Shown here in pieces: positions 47,678 to 56,148 of a DNA stretch of 64,000 bases (position 1 is the first letter of the stretch; every line of letters starts with the position of its first letter). Location of the stretch: positions 18,066-82,065 of the IMG/VR virus record IMGVR_UViG_3300046373_000092. One strand, given 5' to 3'. A program made the position numbers and the translations under genes. Source of the DNA: a virus. The notes under the pieces are model-generated. The model did no database searches, was not told the origin of the DNA, and saw only the letters and a program-made list of their open reading frames with translations.

Positions 47678-48088
47678 TCATGTTCTCGAGCACCCATACT
47701 TATATTCAGCTCTATCCGATTCTAGAATAGCTTCGGCTTTACTTCTGCATACTGCAAAACGCTCAAGTTCTTTCAAAATAATGTTGCCATTTACTAAGCT
47801 AGTTTGCACCGCGCTAACGATATATTCCCTCTCTCCAACTGGCGTGATAACAATCGAAGCGCAGTGTGGGATAACGAAGTCTTCAGCCCTAGCTGGAGCC
47901 TCTGTAGCTTGTCCTGGGTTTAGTAGTGAGGCGATGGTGTTTAAATCCTCTGCCGTGAGCTTCTTAAGGTGCGCGGCGTTAGCGGGCAATTCAAAGCCTA
48001 CTTCGCGTAACTTAGCTACAAATTCTGCAGTAGGTTGTCCATTTTTCTTAGCAAGTTCGGATACAGTAGTTAGGTAGATCGACGACAT
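47678..48088 (-). CDS. Protein with IF2 N-terminal-like (IF2_N) domain
   Basis: 'TTVSELAKKNGQPTAEFVAKLREVGF..AAHLKKLTAEDLNTI'; has its own promoter and GGAG SD. Confidence 0.5.
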   Translation of the reverse strand: MSSIYLTTVSELAKKNGQPTAEFVAKLREVGFELPANAAHLKKLTAEDLNTIASLLNPGQATEAPARAEDFVIPHCASIVITPVGEREYIVSAVQTSLVNGNIILKELERFAVCRSKAEAILESDRAEYKYGCSRT

Positions 48089-48108
48089 AAGTTCTCCATG
48101 TTGATTTT

Positions 48109-48137
48109 ATCTTAGCACGTATTGCGTTATTTTGCAA
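48109..48137 (-). promoter_or_regulatory. Sigma70-type promoter
   Basis: TTGCAA-17-TAAGAT with extended TG. Confidence 0.55.
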
Positions 48138-48306
48138 ATAATTCTTTTATTAATTCAGAAAGCACCACTGAAGCCTTTGTGACGGGGAACGCGGCGTAGT
48201 TGTGTCTACGAGGAAGGTCCCATCCCAAGTTCCAAGTCCCTTTTCTCTTGGCTAAAGCAGATACATTTTCCGCATAAACTACTTTATCTCCGGGTTTTGA
48301 TTTCAT
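48127..48306 (-). CDS. SxxxxEL family member (59 aa, not in the track)
   Basis: MKSKPGDKVV...TKASVVLSELIKELFAK. Confidence 0.7.
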   Translation of the reverse strand: MKSKPGDKVVYAENVSALAKRKGTWNLGWDLPRRHNYAAFPVTKASVVLSELIKELFAK

Positions 48307-48478
48307 TAGCCAATCCTCTTAGTATTTCAGATTTAATTGCGTCCATTCTTAGAATCAGTTTGTCGCTACAATAATAGCTGCTGTCGTATGCGGCGCCGGT
48401 TGCATCTCGAGTAGTCCAATTCATCCAAAAACTTGGAGTAGTGTATCTTACGCAGAATTGCCCTTCTTTAATTTTCAT
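48284..48478 (-). CDS. SxxxxEL family member
   Basis: MKIKEGQFCV...LRMDAIKSEILRGLA. Confidence 0.7.
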   Translation of the reverse strand: MKIKEGQFCVRYTTPSFWMNWTTRDATGAAYDSSYYCSDKLILRMDAIKSEILRGLANEIKTRR

Positions 48479-48645
48479 TTTAGTAACTCTCTAATTATTG
48501 CGCTGGCAGCAGAGTCTATTCTTGTAATGTTTAGGAGGTCTTCCACAGATTGCAAATATGTGGGAGATCTTTTATCAAACACGCACAATTTAAAAAATTC
48601 TAAAGTTTTCCAATTTATAACACTGTCCGTTGGCTTAGCTTTCAC
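48475..48645 (-). CDS. SxxxxEL family member (56 aa, not in the track)
   Basis: MKAKPTDSVI...TRIDSAASAIIRELLK. Confidence 0.7.
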   Translation of the reverse strand: MKAKPTDSVINWKTLEFFKLCVFDKRSPTYLQSVEDLLNITRIDSAASAIIRELLK

Positions 48646-48823
48646 GATATAACTCCCATATTATTTCAGATCTGGCTGCACTAGTTTTTATGTAATGATA
48701 CGGAGGTATGGTATTCTCCTGCAGCCTTCTCCAGCCGTCGCAACCAATTTCAAAATCGCCAAATTTGAGGCTATGTTGGATGTCTACAATGTAAGTTACT
48801 GTGTCTTCTGGTTTAAGTTTCAC
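48635..48823 (-). CDS. SxxxxEL family member
   Basis: MKLKPEDTV...IKTSAARSEIIWELYRES. Confidence 0.7.
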   Translation of the reverse strand: MKLKPEDTVTYIVDIQHSLKFGDFEIGCDGWRRLQENTIPPYHYIKTSAARSEIIWELYRES

Positions 48824-49007
48824 GACATAACTCCTGAAGAATTTCTGATCTTAGAGCACTTATTTTTGTAGGATAATCAGTTTCGTCTCCATAGTATTCG
48901 TAGCTCGGCGCTTCTATGTTCACCTCGACGGCACATTGAACCCAGCCTATAATTCCGCGAAGTGAGTTAAACACATACAAACATTGATCGCCCTCTTTAA
49001 GCTTCAT
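48813..49007 (-). CDS. SxxxxEL family member
   Basis: MKLKEGDQCL...TKISALRSEILQELCRET. Confidence 0.7.
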   Translation of the reverse strand: MKLKEGDQCLYVFNSLRGIIGWVQCAVEVNIEAPSYEYYGDETDYPTKISALRSEILQELCRET

Positions 49008-49152
49008 ATAAAAGTTCTCGCAGTAATTCAGATTCCATTGCAATAAAAGAAACTCTATAAAAGTTATCCTTAGCCGATATATTTTTGTACTCTAAGCGAA
49101 ATAGAACTCGGTCTCTGATATCCCTTCGGTCTATTCTCCAATACATCTTCAT
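48997..49152 (-). CDS. SxxxxEL family member (51 aa, not in the track)
   Basis: MKMYWRID...VSFIAMESELLRELLYEA; ATGA overlap with the nuclease gene. Confidence 0.65.
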   Translation of the reverse strand: MKMYWRIDRRDIRDRVLFRLEYKNISAKDNFYRVSFIAMESELLRELLYEA

Positions 49153-50030
49153 CTTTGTCCTGGCTCCGCATCATAAATATCGTCATCAAATTTTCCTTTA
49201 TGACAATAGCTATAATAGCAGCATTTGCTGCCAAATGCAAAACATGATTTACGATTTTGAGGAAAATGTCCAGCGTTAATCTTGCCCAATACGTCAAGAA
49301 AATTCTGCATCGTCTGCTCTTTTAACTCTTCTGGAGGTTTGCCGATCAGTAGTTGGGTCCTGCCAAGCTGCTTTTTCATCATTACTGCGAACCCCACGTG
49401 ACTGTATTGTGGCTTTGCTACTGAGTATAGAGCGGTCTGCTCTTTCTTTTCAATAGAGTTTTTAGGATAGGGCTGAGAACTTGTCTTGTTATCTATAATG
49501 GCTTCTACGATTTCTCCGTCATCCATAACGACCTCAGCTACCAAGTCTATAATGCCCGTAATAGAGTCGGAAGTTTCTTGTCCATCGTCGTCATAGCCCA
49601 CTAAATTGATGGGCTCCTGAACAGAAATAACTTTAACAATGCGAGGCAGTATATCTCTGTAGTATGCATCTAACATAGCACGTCCTTTTTGGAACAGCGT
49701 GTACCATGCCAGTAAGTGTAACTTCTTCTCTTCATCCTGCTCAGCGTCAATGTCCTCTGCTTGCTGCAGAGTTAGTAGCGTGATGTCTGAATCTGACTTG
49801 TAAAAAACTATGTTGTAATTTTCTTTATACTGAAGCCAGTCCTCTGTGAATACAAGTTCAGCCCCTGCATAATTTCGTGTCAGCAGTAGCTCATTTAAGG
49901 CGTTATCTATACTATTTCCGAAGCAGAGCGCCGAGGAAGTTTTTAAAGAACGCTTACGGTCAATGTAATGGAGCTTATAGCTCATTGGACACGACAAATA
50001 TCTATCTTTGGCAGAGTGTGATAGTCTCAA
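49149..50030 (-). CDS. PD-(D/E)XK (RecB/Cas4-like) exonuclease
   Basis: 'LSHS...YLSCP', 'GIIDLV', 'IIDNKTS', 'QTALY', C-terminal Cys cluster. Confidence 0.85.
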   Translation of the reverse strand: MRLSHSAKDRYLSCPMSYKLHYIDRKRSLKTSSALCFGNSIDNALNELLLTRNYAGAELVFTEDWLQYKENYNIVFYKSDSDITLLTLQQAEDIDAEQDEEKKLHLLAWYTLFQKGRAMLDAYYRDILPRIVKVISVQEPINLVGYDDDGQETSDSITGIIDLVAEVVMDDGEIVEAIIDNKTSSQPYPKNSIEKKEQTALYSVAKPQYSHVGFAVMMKKQLGRTQLLIGKPPEELKEQTMQNFLDVLGKINAGHFPQNRKSCFAFGSKCCYYSYCHKGKFDDDIYDAEPGQR

Positions 50031-50218
50031 ATGAATAGCTCCTTTAATAGCTCAGAGTTTATTGCAGTAATTTTGTAAGGTAGGACCTTTCCACTTACTG
50101 CATATTTGGATTGGAAGTTAAACCCACATCGTTGACCGTCTGAATCACCGCTGTAGTAATGAGCAACTAGTCTTTTAATATCATTATACCAAATCTTATC
50201 GCCTAATTTAATCTTCAC
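50027..50218 (-). CDS. SxxxxEL family member
   Basis: MKIKLGDKIW...YKITAINSELLKELFI. Confidence 0.7.
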   Translation of the reverse strand: MKIKLGDKIWYNDIKRLVAHYYSGDSDGQRCGFNFQSKYAVSGKVLPYKITAINSELLKELFI

Positions 50219-50402
50219 TTAGTAATTCCTTAATTATGTCAGCTCGGAATACCGAGTGCTTCACGATTTCTCTTTCCGACAATATGAAATAACTGGGAAC
50301 CTTATAGTCCTTAGGATTTATAATAGACAAGAAGTGCAGATAGGATTTTTGAAGAGATTCGTGACCGAAGCAAAATCCCAAATCTCCAACTTTAATCTTC
50401 AT
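50208..50402 (-). CDS. SxxxxEL family member
   Basis: MKIKVGDLG...VKHSVFRADIIKELLSED. Confidence 0.7.
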   Translation of the reverse strand: MKIKVGDLGFCFGHESLQKSYLHFLSIINPKDYKVPSYFILSEREIVKHSVFRADIIKELLSED

Positions 50403-50586
50403 GCAGCTCTCCAAATATAATACTTTCCCAAACCTTTGCTTTAAGGACAGTCAAGTTGGAGGGTGCAAGAGAGCGATCTCCCCAACACCAGCCGTATATA
50501 GCTCTCGTTCTTCGGATTATAAGCTTAGCTTCGTCGACATTGTAATAAATAAGAACCATGTCCCCACTACTGATCTTTGTAGCCAT
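50392..50586 (-). CDS. SxxxxEL family member
   Basis: MATKISSGDMV...LKAKVWESIIFGELHED. Confidence 0.65.
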   Translation of the reverse strand: MATKISSGDMVLIYYNVDEAKLIIRRTRAIYGWCWGDRSLAPSNLTVLKAKVWESIIFGELHED

Positions 50587-50800
50587 CGGCTTTCCTTTTT
50601 GCAGCTTCAACAAAAGCCTCTGTGAGTTTTTTATCTTTAGCAATTATATTTACAGTGAGGTAATACGACAGAGAGTGTCTGAAAAACATCACGTAGCTGG
50701 CAATAAATAATCCCCAGCCAACTGTAGCTAAGACTCCCGGATTTTCAGTAGTGAAGGTGTAGATTACTGCTGTGATTAGTCCGATAATTAAATTAATCAT
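50567..50800 (-). CDS. Small two-TM membrane protein
   Basis: Hydrophobic helices. Confidence 0.55.
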   Translation of the reverse strand: MINLIIGLITAVIYTFTTENPGVLATVGWGLFIASYVMFFRHSLSYYLTVNIIAKDKKLTEAFVEAAKRKADGYKDQ

Positions 50801-51104
50801 TGATGTTTCCTAGGTATGAGAAGTGGTCTGTGTCTAAAAAATCTTCATCGTGAAGTATATTTATCCTACTAACTGCGGAGTATTCGGGAGTAGATACTAT
50901 GTAGCTCGACTCTAAGACTTGAAATACTACAGAAACTCTAGTTGAAGCAAAAAGATCTCCAACTCTAACTTCATCCTTTCTGGGAGGTTGTAAAATCTCT
51001 AATTTTTTTATTTTGCAAAGATCCCATACATTGCACCGAATACTTAGGAATATGATTGCTATGGTCATGACCGCTGCTATAAATGCCCAGTGATAAAGTT
51101 CCAT
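50793..51104 (-). CDS. Membrane-anchored hypothetical protein
   Basis: AAGGA SD; N-terminal TM. Confidence 0.5.
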   Translation of the reverse strand: MELYHWAFIAAVMTIAIIFLSIRCNVWDLCKIKKLEILQPPRKDEVRVGDLFASTRVSVVFQVLESSYIVSTPEYSAVSRINILHDEDFLDTDHFSYLGNIND

Positions 51105-51401
51105 TTAATCTTCCTTGATAATTTTTAAGGACACAACTAGCACTCCCGAGAATGCCAATCCAAATATAACGGGCTCTCCAGCATGGACTCCCAAAATACT
51201 CGCTAAAGTAAATGCTAGTAGTAGATACATCTATCGATGGTCCTTGGTAATGACGGCGCCAATAGCGCACGCAAATACTGAAATAATATTCATCGGCAGC
51301 ATTAAATAATTGCCGTAATAGTAATTTGTAACCGCGAAGGTTAAGCTGACTATTCCAAAGATAAAGTTAGTGTAAAACGCTATTCTGCCCATAAAACCTC
51401 C

Positions 51402-51791
51402 TCATCGAACAAATCTAAAAAGTAGTCCTAGATTGTCGATTTGTTTTTCCTGGACAGTATAAACTGAACTGGAGATTCCTTCCAGCTTAGTAAAAAATTC
51501 TTCTTGTAGAGTTCCGTCCGCTAAGATCATCTCGATGTTGTCTAAGTCAATATACACTTGATTGACCGTAGCCTCAGCTCTGACGGACACCACTACCGCG
51601 TTATCCAGCGGCATGACTCCATCATTACTGAGAGAAATCGTATTGCTAGGATTGCCCTTTAACTGAATACGAGACAGCTTTTGTCTCAGGTTACTTGGAT
51701 CTGTAGCCGCTCCTAATCTCGTAGCGACAAGCTCTGTCAATAGATTAAATTTCTTCTGGTAGTCAGCATCATAAACAACGTCATCAAACAT
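51402..51791 (-). CDS. Hypothetical protein
   Basis: AAGGAG SD supplied by the upstream family member. Confidence 0.6.
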   Translation of the reverse strand: MFDDVVYDADYQKKFNLLTELVATRLGAATDPSNLRQKLSRIQLKGNPSNTISLSNDGVMPLDNAVVVSVRAEATVNQVYIDLDNIEMILADGTLQEEFFTKLEGISSSVYTVQEKQIDNLGLLFRFVR

Positions 51792-51972
51792 ACAGTATCT
51801 CCTTAATTAATTTTGAATTTAACACTGCTATACGAAGTATAGTCTGCTTGTATTCAGTGTCGTACCAGCTCCAACCTTTTGCGTTGGTTTTATAGTATGC
51901 GTTTGAAATTCGTTTCCAATCGCCTACTACAGTTCCTAATTCCCAACACGAATCACCAACTTTAATTTTCAT
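51784..51972 (-). CDS. SxxxxEL family member
   Basis: MKIKVGDSCW...LRIAVLNSKLIKEILYV. Confidence 0.7.
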   Translation of the reverse strand: MKIKVGDSCWELGTVVGDWKRISNAYYKTNAKGWSWYDTEYKQTILRIAVLNSKLIKEILYV

Positions 51973-52141
51973 GGAATAATTCCTTTATTACTTCAGAACA
52001 TAGAGAATCTGCCCTTACCGGAGTGTTTAGAAGAAATTTATTCCCCGATCCCAACCTCCAGCCTCTACTGCCAGCAGAAAAGAAACTCTGGACACTGCTT
52101 CTGCCAACGTCCCAAACTAAGTGGTGACTCTGTACTTTCAC
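51962..52141 (-). CDS. SxxxxEL family member (59 aa, not in the track)
   Basis: MKVQSHHLVW...VRADSLCSEVIKELFHEN. Confidence 0.65.
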   Translation of the reverse strand: MKVQSHHLVWDVGRSSVQSFFSAGSRGWRLGSGNKFLLNTPVRADSLCSEVIKELFHEN

Positions 52142-52281
52142 TATCTGTCTTGTCCAATGCCTTGAGCCTGTCTTCTCTTAAGCAAAATCTCTTGCTTAAT
52201 TTCTTCTTGACGTTCTTTGCTAAGTGGCGCTGTAGAGCATGAAGATAGGGCTAGTAACGTGATTAGTAATAATGCTTTCAT
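52141..52281 (-). CDS. Small lipoprotein (46 aa, not in the track)
   Basis: AGGAGG SD; MKALLLITLLALSSC lipobox. Confidence 0.6.
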   Translation of the reverse strand: MKALLLITLLALSSCSTAPLSKERQEEIKQEILLKRRQAQGIGQDR

Positions 52282-52298
52282 TTGGACCTCCTGTCCTA

Positions 52299-52502
52299 TT
52301 ATTTATAGTCTCTCAAATCTCTAATTCCTGCCTCAAACTTGCCTTCTGCGGCAAGCAGAGTACGTGCTACGCTCTCCAAGTCTTTTACTTCCCTTTTTCC
52401 CAGGTCTGTAACATTTGCAGAGTATAGTTGTAATTGTCCCTCAACGATGTTAGCATCTACTGAGATGATTCCTTTTTTCTTTGTTTCGAATAAAAATAAC
52501 AT
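52299..52502 (-). CDS. Hypothetical protein
   Basis: GGAGG SD. Confidence 0.55.
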   Translation of the reverse strand: MLFLFETKKKGIISVDANIVEGQLQLYSANVTDLGKREVKDLESVARTLLAAEGKFEAGIRDLRDYK

Positions 52503-52517
52503 AGTGCCTCCCGTGGC

Positions 52518-52736
52518 TTAATGTAATAATACGTGAGTAGTGATCCTGCCTTTTACAGCGTTGGCTGCCAGGTAGCCCTTCTCTCTAAGCTCTTTTAACG
52601 CTCTGTGAACAGTTTTGTAGGACTGTTTAGAGATGAACATAAGCTCTTCAATTTTAAGAGTCTTATCACTTGATGCGTAAATTGCATCATAAAGTTTAAT
52701 GGACTTTTTAGTTAACTTTGCCGGAGATGTTTCCAT
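52518..52736 (-). CDS. Winged helix-turn-helix DNA-binding protein
   Basis: 'IEELMFISKQSYKTVHRALKELREKGYL'. Confidence 0.75.
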   Translation of the reverse strand: METSPAKLTKKSIKLYDAIYASSDKTLKIEELMFISKQSYKTVHRALKELREKGYLAANAVKGRITTHVLLH

Positions 52737-52738
52737 TA

Positions 52739-53029
52739 CTAAACCTCTTGTTTAGAGTAGCGTTGCGTTGTTCCGCCGCAAATAGCATATAGATGGCTGT
52801 GTAGAGCTTGGATTATGTCGTCTTCCGACGTAAATTCTAACTCTTCAATAGTATGCCACGAATTGTGCGCATTGTCAACCATTTCTAATGTAAATTTTTC
52901 ATTTTTTCTTTCTAGGACTAGCATTATGTCTTTTGCTATGGTAACTGTGGTGCGGAATGCGTGCTCTTGAATGCGTCTAACGTTATAGCTGCTAATACTT
53001 GCAGCAAAATTTTCTATTATCACAAACAC
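52739..53029 (-). CDS. Hypothetical protein
   Basis: AGGAG SD before GTG. Confidence 0.5.
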   Translation of the reverse strand: MFVIIENFAASISSYNVRRIQEHAFRTTVTIAKDIMLVLERKNEKFTLEMVDNAHNSWHTIEELEFTSEDDIIQALHSHLYAICGGTTQRYSKQEV

Positions 53030-53052
53030 CTCCTGTGTTCTTCTCGTGAAAT

Positions 53053-53286
53053 TTACTTCTTAAACCCTTCTAGTAATTTGTGAATAACTCCCGCCTTTTT
53101 GACTTTGTTTTCTTCTATTGGGACGCAGACTCCACATAAATGCACTGAAGAATGATATTTATTTTTATTAACATAACTGAAATGTAAAGTTGCCTCTGTC
53201 CAATTAGAGGGAATGCAGTTGAGCGATGTTTTTTTTGTATCGCAACACAGGTCGCAAGTCCAAGTATATTCTACCGCACTACTCAT
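53053..53286 (-). CDS. Small Zn-binding protein
   Basis: CDLC...HLCGVC; GAGGAGG SD. Confidence 0.55.
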   Translation of the reverse strand: MSSAVEYTWTCDLCCDTKKTSLNCIPSNWTEATLHFSYVNKNKYHSSVHLCGVCVPIEENKVKKAGVIHKLLEGFKK

Positions 53287-53455
53287 GCAACTTCCTCCTC
53301 GTAAAAATCAACCTCTAAATAATGCGGCAACGTCTCGACCAGCGCCAACATTACCTGCTCTGCGCTATCTGCGTCAGGAGCTGTGCAAATATCTGTTACG
53401 TTCTGAGTTACTAAGTCCTTGATTGTTATTGTGTACACTATAGATCTCCTTATAA

Positions 53456-53755
53456 TTATTTAGATAATAAATATCCAGCTCCAACTCCCAATGCTGCAGC
53501 CCCTAATGGGGAAATACCACCAGAAGACCTTTGCGAGGTACCTTGCATACATCTCGTATCATTCATGGCTCCAGAAACGTTGCCGCCCCACATACGAAGT
53601 TCGTCTTTAAAAGCCATACAACATAGCTCGTTGTAATTTTTAGCGCAAATTTCCAATGCTCGCGCAACTTTAGCCTGCTTTTCCTGAGATTCGGCTTCAG
53701 CCTCTTCTCTCTTTGCGCAGGATGCTAACACTACTAAAATAATTAAGAATTTCAT
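53456..53755 (-). CDS. Lipoprotein
   Basis: MKFLIILVVLASC lipobox; glycine-zipper C-terminus. Confidence 0.65.
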   Translation of the reverse strand: MKFLIILVVLASCAKREEAEAESQEKQAKVARALEICAKNYNELCCMAFKDELRMWGGNVSGAMNDTRCMQGTSQRSSGGISPLGAAALGVGAGYLLSK

Positions 53756-53757
53756 AT

Positions 53758-53982
53758 CTACTCCTTATCGTTTGTTTTTACATAGCCCTTGAACAGTAGC
53801 GGAGGTATTTTTTTTCTCTTCGGATCGGCGGGAACAAAGTGACTCACTGTAGCGTCTCCCAAACTCTTCACCCAGATAACGTGCGGGATAATGCTGCCAA
53901 ATCTACTGTGTCTAAATGCGATGTAACCGCCCTCTTTTCTGTACTTCTTCCATGCGTAAATAATACAATTACTGTAAAACAT
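53758..53982 (-). CDS. Conserved phage hypothetical protein ('SNCIIYAW...PH...LFKGYV')
   Basis: AGGAGG SD. Confidence 0.6.
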   Translation of the reverse strand: MFYSNCIIYAWKKYRKEGGYIAFRHSRFGSIIPHVIWVKSLGDATVSHFVPADPKRKKIPPLLFKGYVKTNDKE

Positions 53983-54232
53983 AAAGCCTCCTTGTTATGT
54001 ATAGTTTACATAACTCAGAGCAGTGTTCAACGCGGTAAATTATTCCTCTTCTGTAGAGTAGTTGCCAATATATACTGGATGTCCGTCGCACTCTCTGTTA
54101 TATTTTGATTTAAAAATCATTATGCCGTTTTTGTATTCTGTAAGAAGCACTTTATTACTCTGAGGACAGTACATAATTATTGTAATATCTCGCGGAGTGC
54201 ATACTTCACAGCCACAACCGCAGTATCTTTTT

Positions 54233-54556
54233 TTAAATCTCATAGTATTCTCCATAGAATTTGTAGGTGGACAAGACTTCTTGTTCGAAGCTATCTAGTA
54301 GTAGGTACCTCAAAAGCTCAATTTCCTCGGTAGTGTGCTGCCCCTTGTACGAAGTAAGATCGCGGGATGAACATTTACGTAGTTGTACCTTTATAAAATT
54401 TTTATATAAATCAAATACAGGGGATTCGTATCCTTGAAATCTCAATCCTATCAGAACACAGGTATAATTTGTCATACTGCGGTTCAGCAACGATTCTTTT
54501 GCCGATTTCATTCGCTTGCTAAACTCTTTTTTAGTCAAAAAACTTTTCATGTTCAT
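54233..54556 (-). CDS. Hypothetical protein
   Basis: AAGGA SD. Confidence 0.5.
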   Translation of the reverse strand: MNMKSFLTKKEFSKRMKSAKESLLNRSMTNYTCVLIGLRFQGYESPVFDLYKNFIKVQLRKCSSRDLTSYKGQHTTEEIELLRYLLLDSFEQEVLSTYKFYGEYYEI

Positions 54557-54669
54557 AACTCACTTCCTTTTAATATGTTCAGCTCGCGCTTTAGCAGTAA
54601 TTGGACCTACTTTTTCAATACATATTGCAATGACATAATAGAGTAACGTTGTCGAGAATACTAAGATTG

Positions 54670-54969
54670 TTAACATTGATCTTCCTTTTCTTTTAGTTTA
54701 CGTTGCAATTCTGTGACTAGATTAACGTAATATATTCTCATTCGCTGCTCGTTACCGTGCGCAGTGCTCATTAATTTATGCTTCTCGCGTAATTTATCCA
54801 GCTCGTCCTGCGTTTTATATTTCAAGACATTAGCATTATTTACTTGACTTTGGTGTAGTTTCACCCAGGAATGCATCAAGACTAATCTTTTTTTCAGGTG
54901 TTTGTTTTGTTGGCTATCAGTAGAGTATGCTGCGAGATAGCTTAAGCTCAGTTTAAAAAATTTGAACAT
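54670..54969 (-). CDS. Hypothetical protein (start revised to MFKFF)
   Basis: AGGAGG SD. Confidence 0.5.
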   Translation of the reverse strand: MFKFFKLSLSYLAAYSTDSQQNKHLKKRLVLMHSWVKLHQSQVNNANVLKYKTQDELDKLREKHKLMSTAHGNEQRMRIYYVNLVTELQRKLKEKEDQC

Positions 54970-54976
54970 AGAACCT

Positions 54977-55006
54977 CCTATACGCGCGGGCACACACCCT
55001 ATATAT
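54977..55006. repeat. 30-nt intergenic repeat, copy 1
   Basis: CCTATACGCGCGGGCACACACCCTATATAT; 27/30 identical to 57261..57290. Confidence 0.8.
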
Positions 55007-55054
55007 GCCATAATACAAAGGCTACCTTAGTAGCCTTTAATAATGTTTCTGCGT

Positions 55055-55282
55055 CTATTTTTGTTTTTGTAGCAGCTCTAGGATCTTACTAGACTTGCTA
55101 TACCCCTTCTTAATGATCTCTCCCAGGGCTTGATTGGTAACGTTAGCGCCGGTTGAATGCATATGCACCTCTACCTCGATATCGTTCTCCAATAGCTCGG
55201 CTACATCGTGCAAGTTCACATACTTTTTAATGTCATGACTGTACAATTTACGATTGTCATACTTTACTAAATCTACTCTCAT
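55055..55282 (-). CDS. PhaR N-terminal (PHB_acc_N)-like DNA-binding protein
   Basis: 'LVKYDNRKLYSHDIKKYVNLHDVAELL...VEV...TGANVTNQALGEII' matches the PhaR pattern KY.NR.LY....YI.L.D; GGAG SD. Confidence 0.75.
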   Translation of the reverse strand: MRVDLVKYDNRKLYSHDIKKYVNLHDVAELLENDIEVEVHMHSTGANVTNQALGEIIKKGYSKSSKILELLQKQK

Positions 55283-55362
55283 AAAATCTCCATTCCCACA
55301 AAAAACACATTCTATGTAATTTATAAGTAATTTAGTCTTTTGCATCTTGCAATTGACGCTTA

Positions 55363-55581
55363 TTATTTATTCAGCTCTTCAACTTCTTTCTCCGCTAACA
55401 TAACCAACTTATTAAAAAAATTAAGTGTTGTAGGAGTTCTATTTTCTGCCAAAATTATTTTCCTGCCCGAGTCGTCCCATCCCCAACTTTTCTGTCCATG
55501 TTTATTACTTTCCCGTACAGCAGACACTTCAAATCTATTTTTGTCCCCGTGAACTACCAATAGCCATTTGTCGGTAGACAT
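55363..55581 (-). CDS. Hypothetical protein
   Basis: GAGG SD. Confidence 0.55.
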   Translation of the reverse strand: MSTDKWLLVVHGDKNRFEVSAVRESNKHGQKSWGWDDSGRKIILAENRTPTTLNFFNKLVMLAEKEVEELNK

Positions 55582-55583
55582 AA

Positions 55584-55802
55584 TTACCTCTCAATTAATG
55601 TGTATTTCACCGAGGCAAATCCTTTGTCGATGCTATATTTATGTATAAATGCCATTGAATCGTCATGTGACAATAGCGGTTCTGTATTTAGTCGTTGCAT
55701 TAAGCCGTTCTCAATATCGTATGTGTTCTCTTTTTTATTTACAATTAGTCTAAACATAATCGACCCTTCTAGCACTGCAAAATTCTTTGTTGTATCTGTC
55801 AT
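55584..55802 (-). CDS. Hypothetical protein
   Basis: AAGGA SD. Confidence 0.5.
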   Translation of the reverse strand: MTDTTKNFAVLEGSIMFRLIVNKKENTYDIENGLMQRLNTEPLLSHDDSMAFIHKYSIDKGFASVKYTLIER

Positions 55803-55836
55803 AACAATTCCTTTGTTTAGTTTAACACGTCATGTA

Positions 55837-56046
55837 TTAAGATTTACGCTTCATATCGTCCCAATCCTCATTAAATTTAGCATAATCTATCCACTTGTCA
55901 AGCTTAATCTTGTTGTATAGTGAAATAATGCAATAAACAATCACTCTGGAAGTATAATCAATAACATTTAACGCTAAAAAGAATAATAGGCATCCGATAG
56001 CGATTATAAAAATTCCAAATGCTAAAGTTTCTATTAATGCGAGCAT
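55837..56046 (-). CDS. Small membrane protein
   Basis: GGAGG SD; hydrophobic. Confidence 0.55.
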   Translation of the reverse strand: MLALIETLAFGIFIIAIGCLLFFLALNVIDYTSRVIVYCIISLYNKIKLDKWIDYAKFNEDWDDMKRKS

Positions 56047-56148
56047 AGAGCCTCCAATTGTTTTTGTAAGTCAAGCAGTATTTCTTTTATTTCTGCAATC
56101 TTTTTGCCGTCTGCGTTATGTAATTGCGCAGAACAAAATTCTATTCTA

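Noticed and set aside
49070-49297. 75-aa ORF in the track
   Set aside because: It overlaps the nuclease out of frame. The alternative frame 48997..49152 has ATGA coupling and the family motif.
49149-50030. CRISPR-associated Cas4
   Set aside because: No other cas genes or array; the context near ERF fits a recombination exonuclease.
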